Below are positions 61,244-64,000 of a DNA stretch of 64,000 bases, piece by piece (within the stretch, counting starts at the first letter, position 1; every line of letters starts with the position of its first letter). The stretch spans positions 19,603,292-19,667,291 of the forward strand of contig OZ316898.1 in NCBI GenBank assembly GCA_973895155.1, written 5' to 3'. Under the pieces are notes generated by a model. It saw only the letters and a program-made list of their open reading frames with translations. It was not told the origin of the DNA and ran no database searches. The DNA is from Marsupella aquatica. Its lineage: Eukaryota > Plantae > Marchantiophyta. The translations under genes were made by a program, and so were the position numbers.

Positions 61244-63168
61244 CCTGGACCTGCAAATGATTCAACCAATCATAGAGAATTCAAGATTTTATCAGGATTG
61301 ATCGATAGCCTTGTCCAGTAAGAAGTTAGATTTTGTTGATTCGTATACTAAGCCTTCTTTCGGGCTAATTAAGGGTGGATCCCAGAGATCTCCATAACTG
61401 CCAGCAGGCGCAATCCATCAGAAAAGCTGCACATCGAAGCTTTGTTTCCAAATGTTGATTGATTTCTCAAAATCGTACATAGCTCCGAAACGAGTTACAT
61501 AAGAGGAGCAACACATTGCACTATGATGACCCCAACGAAATTAATGCCACCAACGTAATTTTACGAGACTTTGCGTCCAGCATCACCTTAATTAGAAGAT
61601 GATCTAACTGAGACGTGCTGAGCTGCTGCTGCCTCGATCTTCTACCAATCCTTCGCTGATAAAACAGCGTGCAACCTCCAGAAGGATGAATTCAACTGCC
61701 TGTCGTCAGAATATTGCTCGATCTCCGCATGGGGAATCGACGTGCGGTTAGGCTGAAGAGAACTGTCCAGTACTTCCACAGCTGACGATCGACTTCTCCC
61801 GACGACCTTGAAAACTCTCCAGCAACCTCAACGCTGGTTCAGATTTAGTTCCCGTCCAAGAGGCTCCAGGTGTAGCGAAAATCATGTAAAGCAGAATCGA
61901 GGATTCGGAAATAAAGTGGGATCGACTGAGCTTTCGTTTAAAATACTGGCCTGTACAGTGAAGGCGGGGCAGTGACTAGAAGCGGACTGTTAATGGTTTC
62001 TGCAAGCACTTCGCAAAAGAACGTATTATCGTCGGACGGTAGGTGTGGTTCCCAACTCGATCTGCCTGGGTTGAATCATCGTCATGAGCTCCCGGATGAG
62101 CAACAATAGATTATTGGTTGGCTTGTCGAGAGACTGGTGACCTGCACAAGCCTCGCCCGATTATTACAGTGAGTCGCTGGGGAGCTCGCCATGATGATTG
62201 CTGGAGGAAGAAGGTCAACACGGGTTTACTTACAGCATTATTTTGGGATTTTCGTATTAAGTGAAGTTTGGCTTATGCCAACAAATGATCAAACTTTGGA
62301 GCATGTGGCTTGACAACCGATCAACTTAGAAGTGTTGTAGAAGCATGTCGCTAGTAAAAGATATTGTAGTCAATGGGAGTATGGGAGGCTCTGGGTTCAT
62401 TTCAGCTGGGCACCCCCACCTACACCAGATGGGTTTGAATTAGGAATAAAGTACAGTGTCATAAGTGATGGCCTCAGTAATCGCATTTGGATTTTGCCCA
62501 AAAATGTGCAAGCTGACATTGTGTGAAAGCAATGATGTATTGACTTGTCATAATTGCCGAGTTAGTGAAGGGAAGGTGATCCACCTTTCTTGTCTGCCCA
62601 CCATCAGTCAAGCTCTGAAATGGCATGATCTGATAACTTGAATTAATGGCCAATATTGGGTTTGGACTTGTCCGACAAATAGGGCCTCTGGGGTCCGAAA
62701 ATGACATATGTTGCCCCGGTCAATCCTGGGCGGCCGGGTGATAGGGTCGGGCCGGGCGGGAGAGTTTGGGAGGGTTCGGGAGAGTCCGGGACCGGCCCGG
62801 GGATAGTTCAGGAAATTTTGGTCGTGGCCAGGGAATCAACAACTATAATAAAGAAGCCCGCCAAAAGTAATCAATCGTCCCTCTACAAACTCAGATTTTG
62901 TGGGAACAAAGCCTGACCATTGGATTTATGTTAGGTTTAATTCTAACCCTAGATCAGCTAGAACTAAGTGTCCACCAAAGCAAATAGGACCTTAGGGTAA
63001 GTAGGTGATAATAATTATGAGGGGCAGTAATAATTATAAGGGGAGACCCAAGGGGTACAAGTATACCAAGACATTTTGGTACACATAAATATATTTAATA
63101 GAGGTACTCAATCATTACATGCTAAAAGCCTATGTATCTAAAAGGAAATAGATGTAAAATTAGGAATA

Positions 63169-63582
63169 CTGGCCCCGATTATGCGTTCTTTGAATGTGAA
63201 TAGCAGAGAGTACAATAAAAGAATTATCAAAATATATTTTTGATTCATATTCTTTGAAGATTAATGAAATGATAAAAAAACCTATCATTTTAATAGTCAT
63301 AAGTAATATATCATTCTCCTTGATGTGCACAGGTTTTTTTAATGCACATTCATATTCTATGCACATATGTTGTGGTGGGATCATACTACCTATATTTGGT
63401 TAATATAAATATTTAAAAATTATCACATAAAACTGGCATGTATATATATCATAGTCATGTCATAAGTTTTTCCCATGTAATGATGACCATGCACATGATG
63501 ACCATAGAGTTACAGTCTAGAGGTTTCTCTCTAGACCCTAGCTTGTGAAAAGTAGGCTACAATTCGCGCTTTATTAGTAAGA
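63169..63582 (-). mobile_element. Non-autonomous Helitron, family A
   Basis: A|TCTTACTAATAAAGCGCG...ATCGGGGCCAG|T; aligns with 34031-34400. Confidence 0.75.
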
Positions 63583-64000
63583 TGAAATAAACTAAAATGG
63601 ATGTATGTGATTGTGAAAATTATATTTTTTAATGGGAGTGAACTTAAGTAATTTTTTTTTTCAAAAAGCTAAAAACTAATTATTTGAGGCCAATTAAAAA
63701 AAAGTCATGGAAAAGTGGAAACCTTTGTCTAAACTATTTTTAAAAATTTTGTCAGATTTATCCATGAACCTCATTTAAAATAAAATGCTTGCCCTTTAGC
63801 CTGCCCACAAAAACATAATTAAACTCTATGATGTAGTGGCTACTATCTTGGGTCTCTAATTTTTATGTGCAACGCACGGGTTATTGAACACGACCACAAC
63901 AACTATATAATCATTCAAGATCACACATAACATGTCTCACCACTACATCGCAAAGCGTTTTTGTTTTTGCCTTGCCTTGACATGTTTTTTTAACCTTTAC

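Noticed and set aside
63866-63885. GTGCAACGCACGGG, a Helitron-like 3' hairpin
   Set aside because: No CTAG terminus follows and no 5' end was identified.
1-64000. tRNA, rRNA or conserved plant miRNA genes
   Set aside because: None recognised by eye; a covariance-model search would be needed to exclude them.

Overview
Eukaryotic land-plant nuclear DNA; the gene families and repeats suggest a bryophyte such as a liverwort (inference, not verified). Host genes: two near-identical LRR receptor kinases with a WAK-type kinase domain (1-2062, cut by the window edge; 37695-40652), a GLUTAMINE DUMPER-like VIMAG protein, a frameshifted F-box/kelch gene and a two-exon RCI2/PMP3 gene. Transposons: two Ty1/copia elements, a 5'-truncated CACTA element, PIF/Harbinger fragments and non-autonomous Helitrons. 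The most striking structure is an alpha/beta-hydrolase-like gene split into halves 23 kb apart (3969-4091 and 27177-28155) by an insertion flanked by a 38-bp direct repeat. The insertion begins with the Myb/SANT gene of a Harbinger element and ends with a Harbinger transposase, spacer and TATA box. That order looks circularly permuted, as expected if a circular DNA intermediate had integrated; this mechanism is inferred and testable. All alignments and counts were done by eye; no searches were run.
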